Made by a program: the position numbers and the translations under genes
Notes under the pieces: generated by a model
Told to the model about the DNA's origin: nothing
The model's database searches: none
What the model saw: only the letters and a program-made list of their open reading frames with translations
Source: Candidatus Marinacidobacterales bacterium
GTDB lineage: Bacteria; Acidobacteriota; Vicinamibacteria; Marinacidobacterales; SMYC01
Length of the DNA stretch: 64,000 nt
NCBI GenBank assembly: GCA_965224085.1
Contig: CBDCYI010000005.1
Location: 1,632,001-1,696,000 of the forward strand
Direction: 5' to 3'
Part shown: one piece after another, positions 20,374 to 31,144 of the stretch
How positions within the stretch are numbered: the first letter of the stretch is position 1
Layout of the letters: each line of letters starts with the position of its first letter

Positions 20374-22982
20374 GGGCGACAGCGACCCCGGCGGAGGCTC
20401 CCTTCGGGCTGTACTTGATAGCGTTCGAGAGCAGGTTGATGAGGACTTGCTCGACGAGATTGCGGTCGCCGAAAACTTCGGAGAGGCCCTCGGGGAGCGG
20501 CCTGTACTGCAGCGCGATGTTCTTCTCATCGGCCAGCGGTTTGAGGTCGGCGAGCGCGTTTTGGATGAGCTTGTCCATATTGACGGGTCCCTTGGTGATC
20601 AGTTGGCGCCCCGACTCGATGCGGGTAATGTCGAGGAAGTCGTTCACGAGGTTGACCAGCCGATTCGACTGACGATTGATGATCTCGAGAAACTCCGAAC
20701 CCTTTTCGTTGTCGATGCCGCCTTTGAGCAAAATCTGCGCAAAGCCCCGTACTGTCGCGAGCGGCGTGCGGATCTCGTGCGTCACCATCGACATGAGATC
20801 CGTCTTCATCTGATCCATTTCCTTGAGCTGGGTGATGTCGGACAATACGGCAACGATCCCGTGAACGAGGCCGTCGGAGCTCCTGATGGGACCCAGAGAC
20901 AAGGTGTAAAAGCGCGTCGTCGGAAGAGATAGCTTGATATCAACAGTAAAGGTCTCTCCGCGCTCGACGATCTTCTGGAACTTTTTGTGCATCTCCGCGT
21001 AAGGTATCTCCTCGAAGCGCCGGATGAACTCGACCGCGCTCTGGCCTATAGCGCTTTCGGCGTAGAGTCCGAGGATTTCTTTGGCCTTCGGATTGAAGAG
21101 CTGGATCGTGCCGAGAACGTCGGTGACGATGACGCCATCCGCGACGCTGTCCATGATCGAGCGCATCAGCGACTTTTCATCCATGACGGCGTCGTTCAGA
21201 GCGCTCAGGGTCTGGATGCGCCGCTCCTGACTCTGGTAGGTAAATGTCGCGAGCGGATTGGTGTTCTTCGCTGTCAGGTGCTCGTAGAGATTGGCGTTGT
21301 ACCAGATAGTGCCGAACTCGGCTGACACGGATCGCAGGAGATTCTCGTCCTCGGTGCGGAACTCCTCGCCGCGCGGTCGGAACAGGCACAGCACACCCAC
21401 CGTTTCGCCTTTCGCGACCAGCGGCACGATCATCACTTGAAAGGCGGAAATCTGCGCTCTAGGTACGATCGCCGCCAGCGGATGACTCTGCAGGCTGTTC
21501 ACGAGAATCGGGTCGAGGCTTACCAACACGCTCGTGAGATTCCCCGTGAGCTTCAAGCTCGTCTTTTGGTTCGGGTTGATTCCCGTCAGTCCGTATTGCG
21601 CCGTGGGGGTCAGGGTTCCTTTGTCACGCTCGACTCTCAGAAGAGCGGCGGCGGGAATGCCGAGGAGATGACGCAGCGTCGGCTCCGCGGCTCGAAAGAG
21701 CTGGATGATGATTTTCTCACCTGCTTTGTCTCCGAGGGCCGCCGCCTGTGAGAGGCTGAGAACCTCTTTATCGAGCGCTTCGTTCACGTGACGCATCTTC
21801 AGCATCAAGCCAAAGATGAACGAAATCAGAAGAGCCGTCACGAGAGGCGAGATCTCGACCCAAAAGCCGTGGGAGCCGAACAAGTACATCTGGATGGCGA
21901 CCGCTGCCACGGTGAGCAGAACGAGAGACAGTGACGGCCATTCGGGTGTCGAAGTACAGATAGATCGCTGCGACGGCCATGGCGCTGACGGTGGTGATGA
22001 GGGCCAGAAGCCAAAGCGGGGCTCGACGGATGTGTTGTTGGTCGAGAATGGCGGCTATCACGCTCGCTTGGATCTCGACGCCTGGGGTCGGGCTGCGATC
22101 CAGAGAGAACGGCGTCATGTGCGTGTCGAAGAGGCCGGCGGCGTTGCCTCCGTAAAGGACGATTTTGCCGTCGAAATAGTTCGCGGGCACGCGTCCGCCG
22201 ATGACTTCGTGCGCGGAGATGTACTCGAACGCTCCCTGGTCGCCGAAATAGGGAATGTTCATCTCGTAATCGATGACGAAAACATTGTCGAGAGCCTCGG
22301 CGGATTCCGGCGCCGCGGAAACCGGGATCTCGACATTGCCGATGCTGAGTACGCCTGGGCTCGTTTCGCGGATGGCGTCATCCGGGAGGTCGAGATACAC
22401 CTTGAGGATCTCGAGGTTCATACCCCAGTAGGTCCTCTCCGGCGTCTTGTAGGCCAGATGAACCCGACGGACGAGGCCGTCTTTGCTTTGTTCGATATGC
22501 GCGTGGCCGATCCCCGCGGCGGACTCCTTCAATTCCGGAAGCGGCTCGAAGCTCACGAGCTGTGCCTCTCCGGAATCGACGATTCTTTCCATGATGACGG
22601 GGAAGATGACATTGCCGGCGTCGCGCGTCGCGCGCGTCGCGTGCGCGAGTTGGACGTCGTTGTCAGGCTCGCGCCGATCCGGCTCGAAGAAGCCGATATC
22701 CACTCCGACGGCCTTCGCGCCGTTCGCGCTGACCTGACGCAGAATCTCGGCGTGGAAAGCGCGCGGCCAAGGCCAGCTTCCCAATCGTCGGAGCGAGGGT
22801 TGGTCGATCGCGACGATGACGATGTTGCCCGGAGCGGGTCGCTCGTTCAACCGGATGTTCTGGTCGTAAAGCTGGTACTCGAGCGCCTCGAACACCTGGA
22901 AGAAATAGAGCGTGCACGCGATGACGGCAGCAGTAGCGCCCGCTATCAGGCCACGGATCACGAGAGCTTTGCTATCTTGCAC
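20374..22982 (-). pseudogene. CHASE2-GAF-PAS histidine kinase, frameshifted and IS-truncated
   Basis: CHASE2 (IVAID, WPWPR, DGLVRR, PGVEIQA); H-box THEIRTPL; N-box NLLSNAIKYS; frameshift in the CT repeat near 21925; G-boxes lost. Confidence 0.88.
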
Positions 22983-23952
22983 TGCCCAACCCTTGGCTCA
23001 CGGTGACCGTGTTCACTTGCTCCCGCACGCCGCGTCGCTCGGAGAGATAGTTGCTGCCTGCATATTTCTTCAGATACTTCTTGAGCTCCGCCGCGCGTTC
23101 GGCAATGACGTGCGTGCTCGGGAAATCGCCCTTCACGCCGCTGACGATCGCCATCGTGATCGACATGATGGGGAATCGCTCGAGCTTTCTGGAGCGGTTC
23201 TCGATTTGAATGCTCCCTCGCTCGAAATCTTGAGCGTCGTAGAATTTGCCAATAGAGCCGTCAAAGATTTCGGCGATGGCTTTGCACGTCAGGTTGTCGC
23301 GCGCTGGCGTCGTGACGACGACGAAATCATCGCCTCCGATATGTCCGACGAAATCTCCGTTGCCGCCGAGAGTGCGCATGCTGTTCATGATGGTTTGGGC
23401 GGTATGGAAGATGACGCGGTCGCCTGCCTCGTAGCCATACTTGTCGTTGTAGGCTTTGAAATTGTCGAGGTCGCAGTAGCAGACGGAGAAGGGTTCGCCG
23501 CTCTCGAGCCTTGTTTTGATCTCGCGCTCGAGAGCAAGGTTGCCGGGCAGACGCGTCAAAGGATTGGCGGCCGACTGCTCTTGAGTGCGGCGTATAACCA
23601 TCTCGATCCGCGCCTGGAGCTCGAGCGGGTCCACGGTTTTGATGACGTAGTCGTCAGCGCCTTTGCCGAGGCCGTGCACTTTGTTCTGCACCTGGTCCTG
23701 GCTCGTGAGCATGATGACGGGGATGAAAGAGGTGGAGAAGTCACTCTTGATCTTTTCGCAGGCCTCGAAGCCGTTCATTTCTTCCATGTTCACGTCCATG
23801 AGAATCAGATCAGGTTCTTCCGTTTGAGCCCTTTCTACGGCTTCCCTACCGCTCGCTGCCGTCGAGACTTCGTATCCCCACGACTCGAGTAGGAACTGGG
23901 TGAGCCTCAGGATGTCCGGCTCATCGTCTACGGCGAGGATCTTCTGCGACAA
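22972..23952 (-). CDS. Response regulator, REC + GGDEF-like (GGDDF) domain
   Basis: ILAVDDE, DLILMD, GADDY, NPLTRLPGN, DLDNFKAYND, GHIGGDDF. Confidence 0.9.
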   Translation of the reverse strand: MSQKILAVDDEPDILRLTQFLLESWGYEVSTAASGREAVERAQTEEPDLILMDVNMEEMNGFEACEKIKSDFSTSFIPVIMLTSQDQVQNKVHGLGKGADDYVIKTVDPLELQARIEMVIRRTQEQSAANPLTRLPGNLALEREIKTRLESGEPFSVCYCDLDNFKAYNDKYGYEAGDRVIFHTAQTIMNSMRTLGGNGDFVGHIGGDDFVVVTTPARDNLTCKAIAEIFDGSIGKFYDAQDFERGSIQIENRSRKLERFPIMSITMAIVSGVKGDFPSTHVIAERAAELKKYLKKYAGSNYLSERRGVREQVNTVTVSQGLGSAR

Positions 23953-24350
23953 CGCTATGTCCTTCCTCTAGGCCAGAGGGGCCCAGACCAGGTTGTAAAC
24001 AGCAATATCCGTACCAATGAGATCCCGATTCCATGGTGGTGCGCCTCTCCGACAGGTCGTGATTGTGACGGCTTAAGTGATTATTCGAGTGTCGGATACA
24101 AGAACGAGCTTTGGAGCCATTGGGAACTGACACTCAAAACGGCGATCCGATCACGAGGGCTTTTCCCTGCGACGTGCCGCCAAACCCCTACAACGGAGAA
24201 GCTTTGGAGCGATGGTCTCGGCCGAGACCGGTCTTGCCGCCTGCGGGAGAAAGCCTATGTCCTGAGGACGTATTTCGGGTGGAATTGACCGCACGGCGCA
24301 AGTAAGGATCGCCTAAGCCTAATAGATGTAGCGGTTCGCCTGTGCTTGTT

Positions 24351-24367
24351 TTGGCATACCGGTTGCT
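24351..24367 (+). promoter_or_regulatory. Sigma54 (-24/-12) promoter
   Basis: TTGGCAtaccggTTGCT, exact GG-N10-GC spacing. Confidence 0.7.
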
Positions 24368-24545
24368 ATGTCAAAGATTATGAAGGTTCGCAAGGAAAAG
24401 GGTTCAAAGACTCGGGAAAACGTAGCTGAAGAATCCCCGTTAGCCTTGCAGATCCTCGATTACTTCCGCCGTCACCCCCAGGCCAAGGACTCCGTCGAGG
24501 GCATTGCGAGGTTCTGGGTCGATGCCGATCCTGTCGTTGTTAGTC

Positions 24546-25171
24546 CGCTAATAAACGCGCCGCCTCTGGCGGCGTGACCCGAAGAGCTTCGAGCGATCCG
24601 GCGTGTGCTAGGTTCCCCCTCCGGGAAGACCCTGTGGGGCCTCCGAAAGGAGAACCTGCATGCACGAATGGAAAAGCCTGTCGCAAGTGCGATGGGAATG
24701 CAAGTACCACGTGGTGATCATCCCCAAGTATCGTAGAAGGGTGTTATATGGGGACCTTCGGCGTCGCGTGGGGCGAATTCTTCGAGAGCTTTGTGAGCAG
24801 AGAGGAGTAGAACTGATAGAAGGCAACGCGCAACCGGACCACATCCACCTGTGTATGAGCATCCCTCCCAAGTACAGCGTATCTCACACGATCGGTTTTC
24901 TGAAAGGGAAGAGTGCGGTACGCATCCACCGAGAATTGCTGAAAGAACGTCGTATGACGGGCTTGCATTTTTGGGCGAAGGGGTACTGTGTGAGTACGGT
25001 TGGCCTTGACGAGGAGCGAATAAGAAAGTACATCCGGGAGCAAGAAAAGCTTGAGTCTCGCCAAGGTGATCTCGACCTGAGTTAACGAGAGACGGCCCCA
25101 ACGGGGCCTTCCCAACGTCATCGGCCCCCTCGGGGGGGCCTTCCTAAACCCACGCCCTATGGGCGTGGTCG
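24546..25171 (+). mobile_element. IS200/IS605-family element (tnpA only)
   Basis: Subterminal hairpins at 24558-24574 and 25150-25168; flanked by GTTAGTC. Confidence 0.88.
24660..25085 (+). CDS. tnpA: IS200/IS605 Y1 transposase TnpA
   Basis: KYHVVIIPKYRR, HUH motif DHIH, LKGKS, FWAKGYCVSTVG, YIREQ. Confidence 0.95.
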   Translation: MHEWKSLSQVRWECKYHVVIIPKYRRRVLYGDLRRRVGRILRELCEQRGVELIEGNAQPDHIHLCMSIPPKYSVSHTIGFLKGKSAVRIHRELLKERRMTGLHFWAKGYCVSTVGLDEERIRKYIREQEKLESRQGDLDLS

Positions 25172-25352
25172 GTTAGTCATGCGTTAGAGAAGCTCGTCGA
25201 GCTCGATCTCATCTCGAAACGCAAGAACGCCTCGATGGATCTGTACTGCATGGGCGTCGAAAAGAAATCCGCCTAGGGCCCGCGCGGGCCCTGGGACAGC
25301 GCTCAACAATCTGTTCCTCCACCGAGACGAAGGTGCCAGGCGGGTGAGCGTT

Positions 25353-26054
25353 TCAGTGGCTTTCCGCTTTTCTTTCGTCCGCAAGCTGGCGGCGTCCCTT
25401 CCGTGTCATCCAATAGAGCGCGACGGACGCGGTGAGCACGACGAGCCCAAGCGCCGTGCCAAAAACGATGACGGTCGTCGCCAACACGGAGCGGCGCTCG
25501 AAACGCGCTTCGATCCGCAGCTCGTCTCCGCCGAAGAGCTCTTCCGCCGTGCGTTGCCAACGGATGATGTTGCCCCTTTCTATGTCGTGTCGTGAGTTGT
25601 GAAATCGAACCGAGCTCGGAAAATGAAAACGAAACGCAAGGACGTCGTCCGGCTCGACATGATTCGGCCTTTCGGGGGTGATGGCGGGCACAGAGAGAAA
25701 AAGCGATAGCTCTCGCTGATCTTCGCGGCGGAGCCCGCAATCGCGAACGCGAAACACTGGGTGGCGGCAAAGCGCGTTCCAATCTTCGAATCTTCCCTGC
25801 ACATGTATGTAGCGCCGGCCGTCGCGGCTCGTCTCACGAACGGAATCGATTCTTAGAGCGGGGTCCTCGAAACGGGCGCGCATCGAGCTGACGCCGGGTG
25901 CTTCCACATCGTGTATCACGCCGAGTAGCTCGTGCGTGCCGCTGATGCGGATGTTGCCAGAGCCGTCGGTTGCGAGAAAAACCTCTTCCTCATATTCGTA
26001 GGATTCGCACCCGGCAAGAGCGAAGGCAAAAGCACAAAGGAAAACGACGCGCAT
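25353..26054 (-). CDS. Hypothetical lipoprotein with C-terminal TM
   Basis: LAGC lipobox; C-terminal hydrophobic helix and basic tail. Confidence 0.65.
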   Translation of the reverse strand: MRVVFLCAFAFALAGCESYEYEEEVFLATDGSGNIRISGTHELLGVIHDVEAPGVSSMRARFEDPALRIDSVRETSRDGRRYIHVQGRFEDWNALCRHPVFRVRDCGLRREDQRELSLFLSVPAITPERPNHVEPDDVLAFRFHFPSSVRFHNSRHDIERGNIIRWQRTAEELFGGDELRIEARFERRSVLATTVIVFGTALGLVVLTASVALYWMTRKGRRQLADERKAESH

Positions 26055-26102
26055 CGCGTCGATTCTATAGCGCGTCGGTCGGTGGGATACAATGCGCTCC
26101 CC

Positions 26103-28793
26103 ATGGCCGAGGCGGACAGCCTTAATCGGGATCACCGGGAAGTCCTACTTCTCGTCGACGGGAACAACCTGTTTTACCGCTCTTTCTATGCGATCCCTCC
26201 TCTCGCTATTCGATCGGGACTTCCAACCAACGCCGTCTATGGCTTCGCCAACATTTTGCGAAAGCTTCTCGCCGACGAGTCGCCGGCCCTCGCGGCCGTC
26301 ACCTTTGATGCCGGGGGAAAAACCTTCCGCCACGAGCGCTACGACCAATACAAGGCGAATCGCCCTCCCATGCCTTCCGACCTGAAGTCGCAGCTACCCT
26401 ATACACGCAAGCTCTGCGACGTGCTCGGGCTTCCCATCGTCGAGATCTACGGCATCGAGGCTGATGACATCATCGGAACACTTGCTCGCCGCGGGATGGA
26501 TGCCGGTTACGAGATTCTCATCGCGTCCTCGGACAAGGACTTGTTCCAGCTGGTGCGCGAAGGCGTCACGATCATCCACCCCGTTCAATATGAGCGTCTC
26601 GATGCCGAACGTGTACGCGCGAAGCTCGGCGTGCCTCCCGAGGGCGTCATCGACTTGCTCGCGCTGAAAGGGGACTCCGTCGACAACATTCCGGGGGTCC
26701 ACGGGATTGGTGACAAGGGCGCCGCGAAGCTTCTCGCGGAATGGGGCTCGCTCGAGGGTGTGCTCGAGCACGCGGCAGAGGTCAAGAACAAACGCCAGCG
26801 CGAAGCGCTCTTGGAGCAGCGCGACGCTGCCCTTCTCTCCAAAGAACTCGTTACGATCGATACCACGCTCGATTTCGAGCTCGATTTCGACGAGCTGAGG
26901 TACAAAGGAGCCGACCGCGAGGCGGCGTTCGCGCTCTTCGGCGAGCTCGAGTTCACGTCGCTGCTCAAGGATTATCTTCCGAGTCACGAGCCGGCGGATA
27001 TCTCGGCGACCTTTCGGGAGCTCGCATCCAAAAAGGAGCTGGCCGCTTACCTGGCGCGAGCGCGCAAGAAGGGGAGCCTTTCTCTTTGGCTGGATCTCGG
27101 CGCGATAAAACGGTTCGATCCCTGGAATACCCCCCTGAACGGAGCGGGCCTCGCCATCGAGCCCGGAGAAGGCGTCTACGTGTCCTGTGGACGCGGCGTG
27201 AGCGAAGATGCGCTCGTGGCTGAATTGAGTGCCATCGCTTCCGAGCCCGAGGCGAGTATCGTTGGACACGATCTGAAACAGGCCGTGACCTTCTTTGGGG
27301 CGCGTGGCGTCGCGATGAAAAGCATCGGCTTCGACACCCGCGTCGCGTCCTATGTCCTCAACCCTTCGCGCCGCTCGCAAGAGCTAAACGACCTGCTGCT
27401 CGAGTTCTTGCAGACCCCTTTGACCAAGGAAGGGGAGGCCGCTTCGCCTCAAGGGGTTCTGCCCGGCTTGGAAGAGCCGGGTGCCGAGACCGCCGGCCCG
27501 CTCAATGCGGAGCGCGCCGAGCGGATCCTGCGGCTCCAGGAGAAGATGGAGCGCCGTCTCGAAGTGGAGGAGCTCACGAAGCTGTACCGTGAGCTGGAGC
27601 TCCCGCTGATTGGAACGCTGGCATCGATGGAGCTTGCTGGGATCGCGATCGACCGCCGGGCCTTCGACGACATGTCGCGAGAGATCGAGATCGATCTCGA
27701 GAAACTGACGACGGACGTTTACGAGCTTGCCGGCCAAGAGTTCAATATCAACTCTCCCAAGCAGCTCGCCGAAGTGCTCTTCGTCAAGCACAATCTCCCT
27801 TCGTTCAAGAAAACCCAGAGACAGCGGGTGGCGTCTACGAGCGTCGAGGTTTTGGAGGGGCTCGCGCGAAGCTTCCCGCTCCCCAAGAAAGTCTTGGAAT
27901 TTCGGAGTTTCTCGAAGTTGAAAGGGACCTATGTCGACGCGCTACCGCAGCTCATCCATAAAAAGACGCGCCGCATCCACACGACCTTCAATCAGACCGT
28001 TGCCGCGACGGGTCGTCTGTCGAGCAGTGACCCCAACTTGCAGAACATCCCCATCCGCACGGAGTTGGGCCGGCGCATCCGCCGCGCCTTCGTTGCCGAG
28101 CCGGGTGGTGTCTTGCTCTCGGCCGATTACTCGCAAATCGAGCTCCGCGTTCTCGCGCATCTCAGCCAGGACGAGAACTTGATCGAAGCGTTCCGCGCTG
28201 GCGAGGATATTCACGACCGCACTGCCCGTCAGATATTCGGGGAACAGACGGACTTGGGCGAGCACGAAAAAAGGCGCCGTGCGAAGATCATCAATTTCAG
28301 CATCATTTACGGGAAGACGGCCTTTACCCTCGGGAAGGATTTCGGCATCCCCACGAGGGAGGCGGAAGCGTTCATCGAGAGCTATTTCGAGCGCTACCCG
28401 AGAGTTCGCGAGCTCCTCGACACGATCGTCCGCGATGCGCGCCGAACCGGCAAAGTGCGGACGCTCTTCGGACGTCAGCGTTATGTACCGGAGATTGGCT
28501 CGCGGAACGGGAACACGCGGGCGGCGGCCGAGCGCGTCGCGGTCAATACACCCGTCCAGGGGACGGCGGCAGACCTTATGAAGAAAGCGATGATCGATTT
28601 GCACCGGGAGCTCGAGGCGGGAAGCTACGCCTCGCGTCTCCTGCTGCAAGTGCATGACGAGCTGGTCCTCGAGGTACCGGACGAAGAAGTGGAAAAGGCG
28701 ACGGAGCTCGTGCGCGAGACGATGGAGAACGTTTACCCGATGGCGGTGCCGCTGACGGTCGATATCGCAACCGACCGGTCCTGGAAGCACTAG
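26103..28793 (+). CDS. polA: DNA polymerase I
   Basis: 5'-3' exonuclease LVDGN/EADD/GDSVDNIPG; TGRLSSSDPNLQNIP, ADYSQIELR, LLQVHDEL. Confidence 0.97.
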   Translation: MAEADSLNRDHREVLLLVDGNNLFYRSFYAIPPLAIRSGLPTNAVYGFANILRKLLADESPALAAVTFDAGGKTFRHERYDQYKANRPPMPSDLKSQLPYTRKLCDVLGLPIVEIYGIEADDIIGTLARRGMDAGYEILIASSDKDLFQLVREGVTIIHPVQYERLDAERVRAKLGVPPEGVIDLLALKGDSVDNIPGVHGIGDKGAAKLLAEWGSLEGVLEHAAEVKNKRQREALLEQRDAALLSKELVTIDTTLDFELDFDELRYKGADREAAFALFGELEFTSLLKDYLPSHEPADISATFRELASKKELAAYLARARKKGSLSLWLDLGAIKRFDPWNTPLNGAGLAIEPGEGVYVSCGRGVSEDALVAELSAIASEPEASIVGHDLKQAVTFFGARGVAMKSIGFDTRVASYVLNPSRRSQELNDLLLEFLQTPLTKEGEAASPQGVLPGLEEPGAETAGPLNAERAERILRLQEKMERRLEVEELTKLYRELELPLIGTLASMELAGIAIDRRAFDDMSREIEIDLEKLTTDVYELAGQEFNINSPKQLAEVLFVKHNLPSFKKTQRQRVASTSVEVLEGLARSFPLPKKVLEFRSFSKLKGTYVDALPQLIHKKTRRIHTTFNQTVAATGRLSSSDPNLQNIPIRTELGRRIRRAFVAEPGGVLLSADYSQIELRVLAHLSQDENLIEAFRAGEDIHDRTARQIFGEQTDLGEHEKRRRAKIINFSIIYGKTAFTLGKDFGIPTREAEAFIESYFERYPRVRELLDTIVRDARRTGKVRTLFGRQRYVPEIGSRNGNTRAAAERVAVNTPVQGTAADLMKKAMIDLHRELEAGSYASRLLLQVHDELVLEVPDEEVEKATELVRETMENVYPMAVPLTVDIATDRSWKH

Positions 28794-28819
28794 CAGCTAC
28801 CCGATGTCTCGTCTTCTTA

Positions 28820-28841
28820 CTAGTGTCCCGCTAGTGTCCCG
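28820..28841. repeat. Tandem 11-mer CTAGTGTCCCG x2, matches MITE family A end
   Basis: Exact duplication; shares CTAGTGTCC with 7149 and 29545. Confidence 0.6.
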
Positions 28842-28872
28842 AATGTTCGGCGACCGGTCGACGTAACGAACT

Positions 28873-29511
28873 CTATTTGAGGCCCAAGTTTTTGGGGAGG
28901 TGGCCCGCGTGCGGGAGGATGAGGTCGGGCTCCGCCTCTTCGAGGATTTCTCGCGGGCCGTACTCGCTTTCGACGCCGACCGTGAACGATCCGACCCTAC
29001 GACCCATCTCGATGTCTTCTGGGCGATCGCCGACGAAGACGGCCTTTTCTGGCTCGATCCGAAGCTCGTGGAGAGCGCGCTGGAGCGGTGCAGGGTGCGG
29101 TTTCTTCTCTTCTGTATCTTCGAAACACACCACAACGGCAAAAAAGTCCATGAGAGCGTGGTTCTTGAGCTCGCGTAGAACGCGGTCGCGGTCGCCGCTC
29201 GTCACGAGCCCAAGGGTGCGGTCCGCGTCGCGCAGGCGCGTCAACATGGTCAGAACGAAGGGAAAGGGCTCGGAGACCTGCTCGCGATAAGTGCGTCGCC
29301 ACATCTGATCGGCGTTGTCCCATTCCGACCTCGGAACGCCGAGCTTCTCGTAGGAGTCGTACCAGTTGGGGCTATAGGTCTCAAGGAACTGTTCGCGGCC
29401 CACGTCGATACCGAAATGCTTCAAGACCGTGATGGACGCGTGGTAGCCGGCCGAGTAGGAATCGATGAGAGTTCCGTCCCAATCGAAGAGTATGGTGCTC
29501 GCCTTTTTCAT
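28873..29511 (-). CDS. HAD-superfamily hydrolase
   Basis: FDWDGTLID, VTS, KPHP, VGDRPEDI. Confidence 0.92.
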   Translation of the reverse strand: MKKASTILFDWDGTLIDSYSAGYHASITVLKHFGIDVGREQFLETYSPNWYDSYEKLGVPRSEWDNADQMWRRTYREQVSEPFPFVLTMLTRLRDADRTLGLVTSGDRDRVLRELKNHALMDFFAVVVCFEDTEEKKPHPAPLQRALHELRIEPEKAVFVGDRPEDIEMGRRVGSFTVGVESEYGPREILEEAEPDLILPHAGHLPKNLGLK

Positions 29512-29544
29512 GGTCGCCTGTGGATCGATCGTTCTGGTCTAAGT

Positions 29545-29610
29545 CTAGTGTCCTGTATCAGGAGCTTGTTGCATAGCGCTCGAGGACATTTTGTGTGCTG
29601 GCGAGGCGTG
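29545..29610. repeat. Partial MITE family A copy
   Basis: ctagtgtcctgtatcag...ttgca...cattttgtgtgctggcgaggcg matches 7149-7210; right IR not found. Confidence 0.6.
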
Positions 29611-29707
29611 GTGACGACATCATATCTAGATCTTGGGTCACTCGTCCGCGCGGCATCGTTTGTCGCGTCGCGTTGTTCGTGCTAGAAGAGGTCAGGGCTC
29701 ACCGGCC

Positions 29708-30235
29708 ATGCTTCTTCATTCCACCCTCGAGATCCCCGACCTGGAGCTCGAGATCTATTCGAGTGAAGCAGGACTCATGGCTATAGGTCTCGGCTCGGGG
29801 GAGCAATCCAAGCTCGAGTCGTGGCTTGGCCGTTTCTACGACGCGGTGCAAATCTTTCCGGCGGAGAACGGGCACGAGCTCTACCGGGGGCAGCTGCGCG
29901 AATATTTCGCCGGCCGCCGCCGCGTCTTCGAGTTTCCGCTAGATCTTCGCGGCACTACCTTCCAGAAGGACGTTTGGAGAACCGTTGCGAAAATCCCTTA
30001 CGGGCATACAGCCTCCTACGGAGAGATCGCGCATCTCGTGGAACGTCCAGGCGCAAGCCGCGCCGTGGGTGCGGCGAACCACGCGAATCCTGTTCCGATC
30101 GTCGTGCCGTGTCACCGTGTGATTGGCACCGACGGGACGCTCACGGGCTATGGTGGCGGGCTTGCCCTGAAGCGACGCCTCCTTGCGCTCGAGGGTATCC
30201 TCGAAGTGCCTGCGGTGCAGATGCGCTTGTTCTAG
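29708..30235 (+). CDS. ogt: Methylated-DNA-protein-cysteine methyltransferase
   Basis: GTTFQKDVW, IPYG, ASRAVG, VPCHRVIG, GYGGG. Confidence 0.93.
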   Translation: MLLHSTLEIPDLELEIYSSEAGLMAIGLGSGEQSKLESWLGRFYDAVQIFPAENGHELYRGQLREYFAGRRRVFEFPLDLRGTTFQKDVWRTVAKIPYGHTASYGEIAHLVERPGASRAVGAANHANPVPIVVPCHRVIGTDGTLTGYGGGLALKRRLLALEGILEVPAVQMRLF

Positions 30236-30270
30236 AATGGAACTGTCTTTCAAACAAGGAGATTTCGAAT

Positions 30271-30993
30271 ATGCCCTCGACTCGATTGGTATGGCTCCTC
30301 GCTTTCGTAATGCTCGCCGCGCTCGCCTTTGGATGTAGCACCGGCGAGGAGGCCCCAGCGGCGCCAGCGGAGGATACGAGCGCTGCTGAGGCCGCGCCCG
30401 ACCCGGAAGAAGCCGCTCCGCCCCCGGAAGAAGAAAGCGCCGAAGAAGCCGCGGAAGACCTCGCCGATGTCGGCTCCGGCTACCCGGTGGTCGAGATGAC
30501 GACGAGCATGGGCGTGATCAAGCTCGAGCTCTACCCGGACAAAGCGCCCAAGACCGTGGAGAACTTTCTCACCTATGTCCGAGACGGGTTCTTCGATGGG
30601 ACGATCTTCCACCGCGTCGTGCCCGGATTCGTGATCCAAGGAGGCGGCTTTCGACCGCCAAGTCCGTCGGACATGACGAAAAAGGAAACGCAGCCCCCCA
30701 TTATGAACGAGGCGGATAACGGGCTCAGAAACGATCACTATACGATCTGCATGGCGCGTACGAACGATCCCCATAGCGCCACGTCGCAATTTTTTATCAA
30801 CACGAAAAACAACGACATGCTGAATTACAGAAGTAAAGACGCGTCCGGTTGGGGCTATGCCGTTTTCGGCAAGGTCACCGAAGGTACGGGCGTCATAGAT
30901 GCGATCGAGAAAGTGCCGACGTCGCGTTCGGACGGTTATTCTGACGTGCCGGTTGACGCGGTCGTGATCGAGACCGCACGGCGCGTATCGTGA
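30271..30993 (+). CDS. ppiA: Cyclophilin-type PPIase lipoprotein
   Basis: AGGAG RBS, AFGC lipobox, acidic linker, FHRVVPGFVIQGG, MART, SQFFIN, YAVFG. Confidence 0.9.
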   Translation: MPSTRLVWLLAFVMLAALAFGCSTGEEAPAAPAEDTSAAEAAPDPEEAAPPPEEESAEEAAEDLADVGSGYPVVEMTTSMGVIKLELYPDKAPKTVENFLTYVRDGFFDGTIFHRVVPGFVIQGGGFRPPSPSDMTKKETQPPIMNEADNGLRNDHYTICMARTNDPHSATSQFFINTKNNDMLNYRSKDASGWGYAVFGKVTEGTGVIDAIEKVPTSRSDGYSDVPVDAVVIETARRVS

Positions 30994-31144
30994 CCAGCGC
31001 TCACGAGGTCAGCTCTTGCAAACGCCAATGACGACTTCGGGGACGCCTCCGGATTCTCCGAGCTCTCTTGGTTCGTGGCGGGATTCTCGCTCCCACGGTA
31101 GCCCACAGATATTGCGCAGCTGGTGAAGGCGAATCGCCAAGAGG

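Larger units (their letters stand above)
24368..25276 (+). pseudogene. Small winged-helix-like protein (~91 aa) interrupted by IS200
   Basis: ILDYFRRHPQAKDSVEGIARFWV..DPVVV joins in frame to SHALEKLVELDLISKRKN... when the IS is removed. Confidence 0.75.

Noticed and set aside
21816-23892. Long antisense ORFs (also 39571-40881, 47326-48240, 60826-62031 and others)
   Set aside because: Shadows of real genes, typical of high-GC codon bias; no motifs
24660-25171. TnpB/omegaRNA system
   Set aside because: The element encodes TnpA only; there is no room for tnpB, and the hairpins are ordinary IS200 end structures
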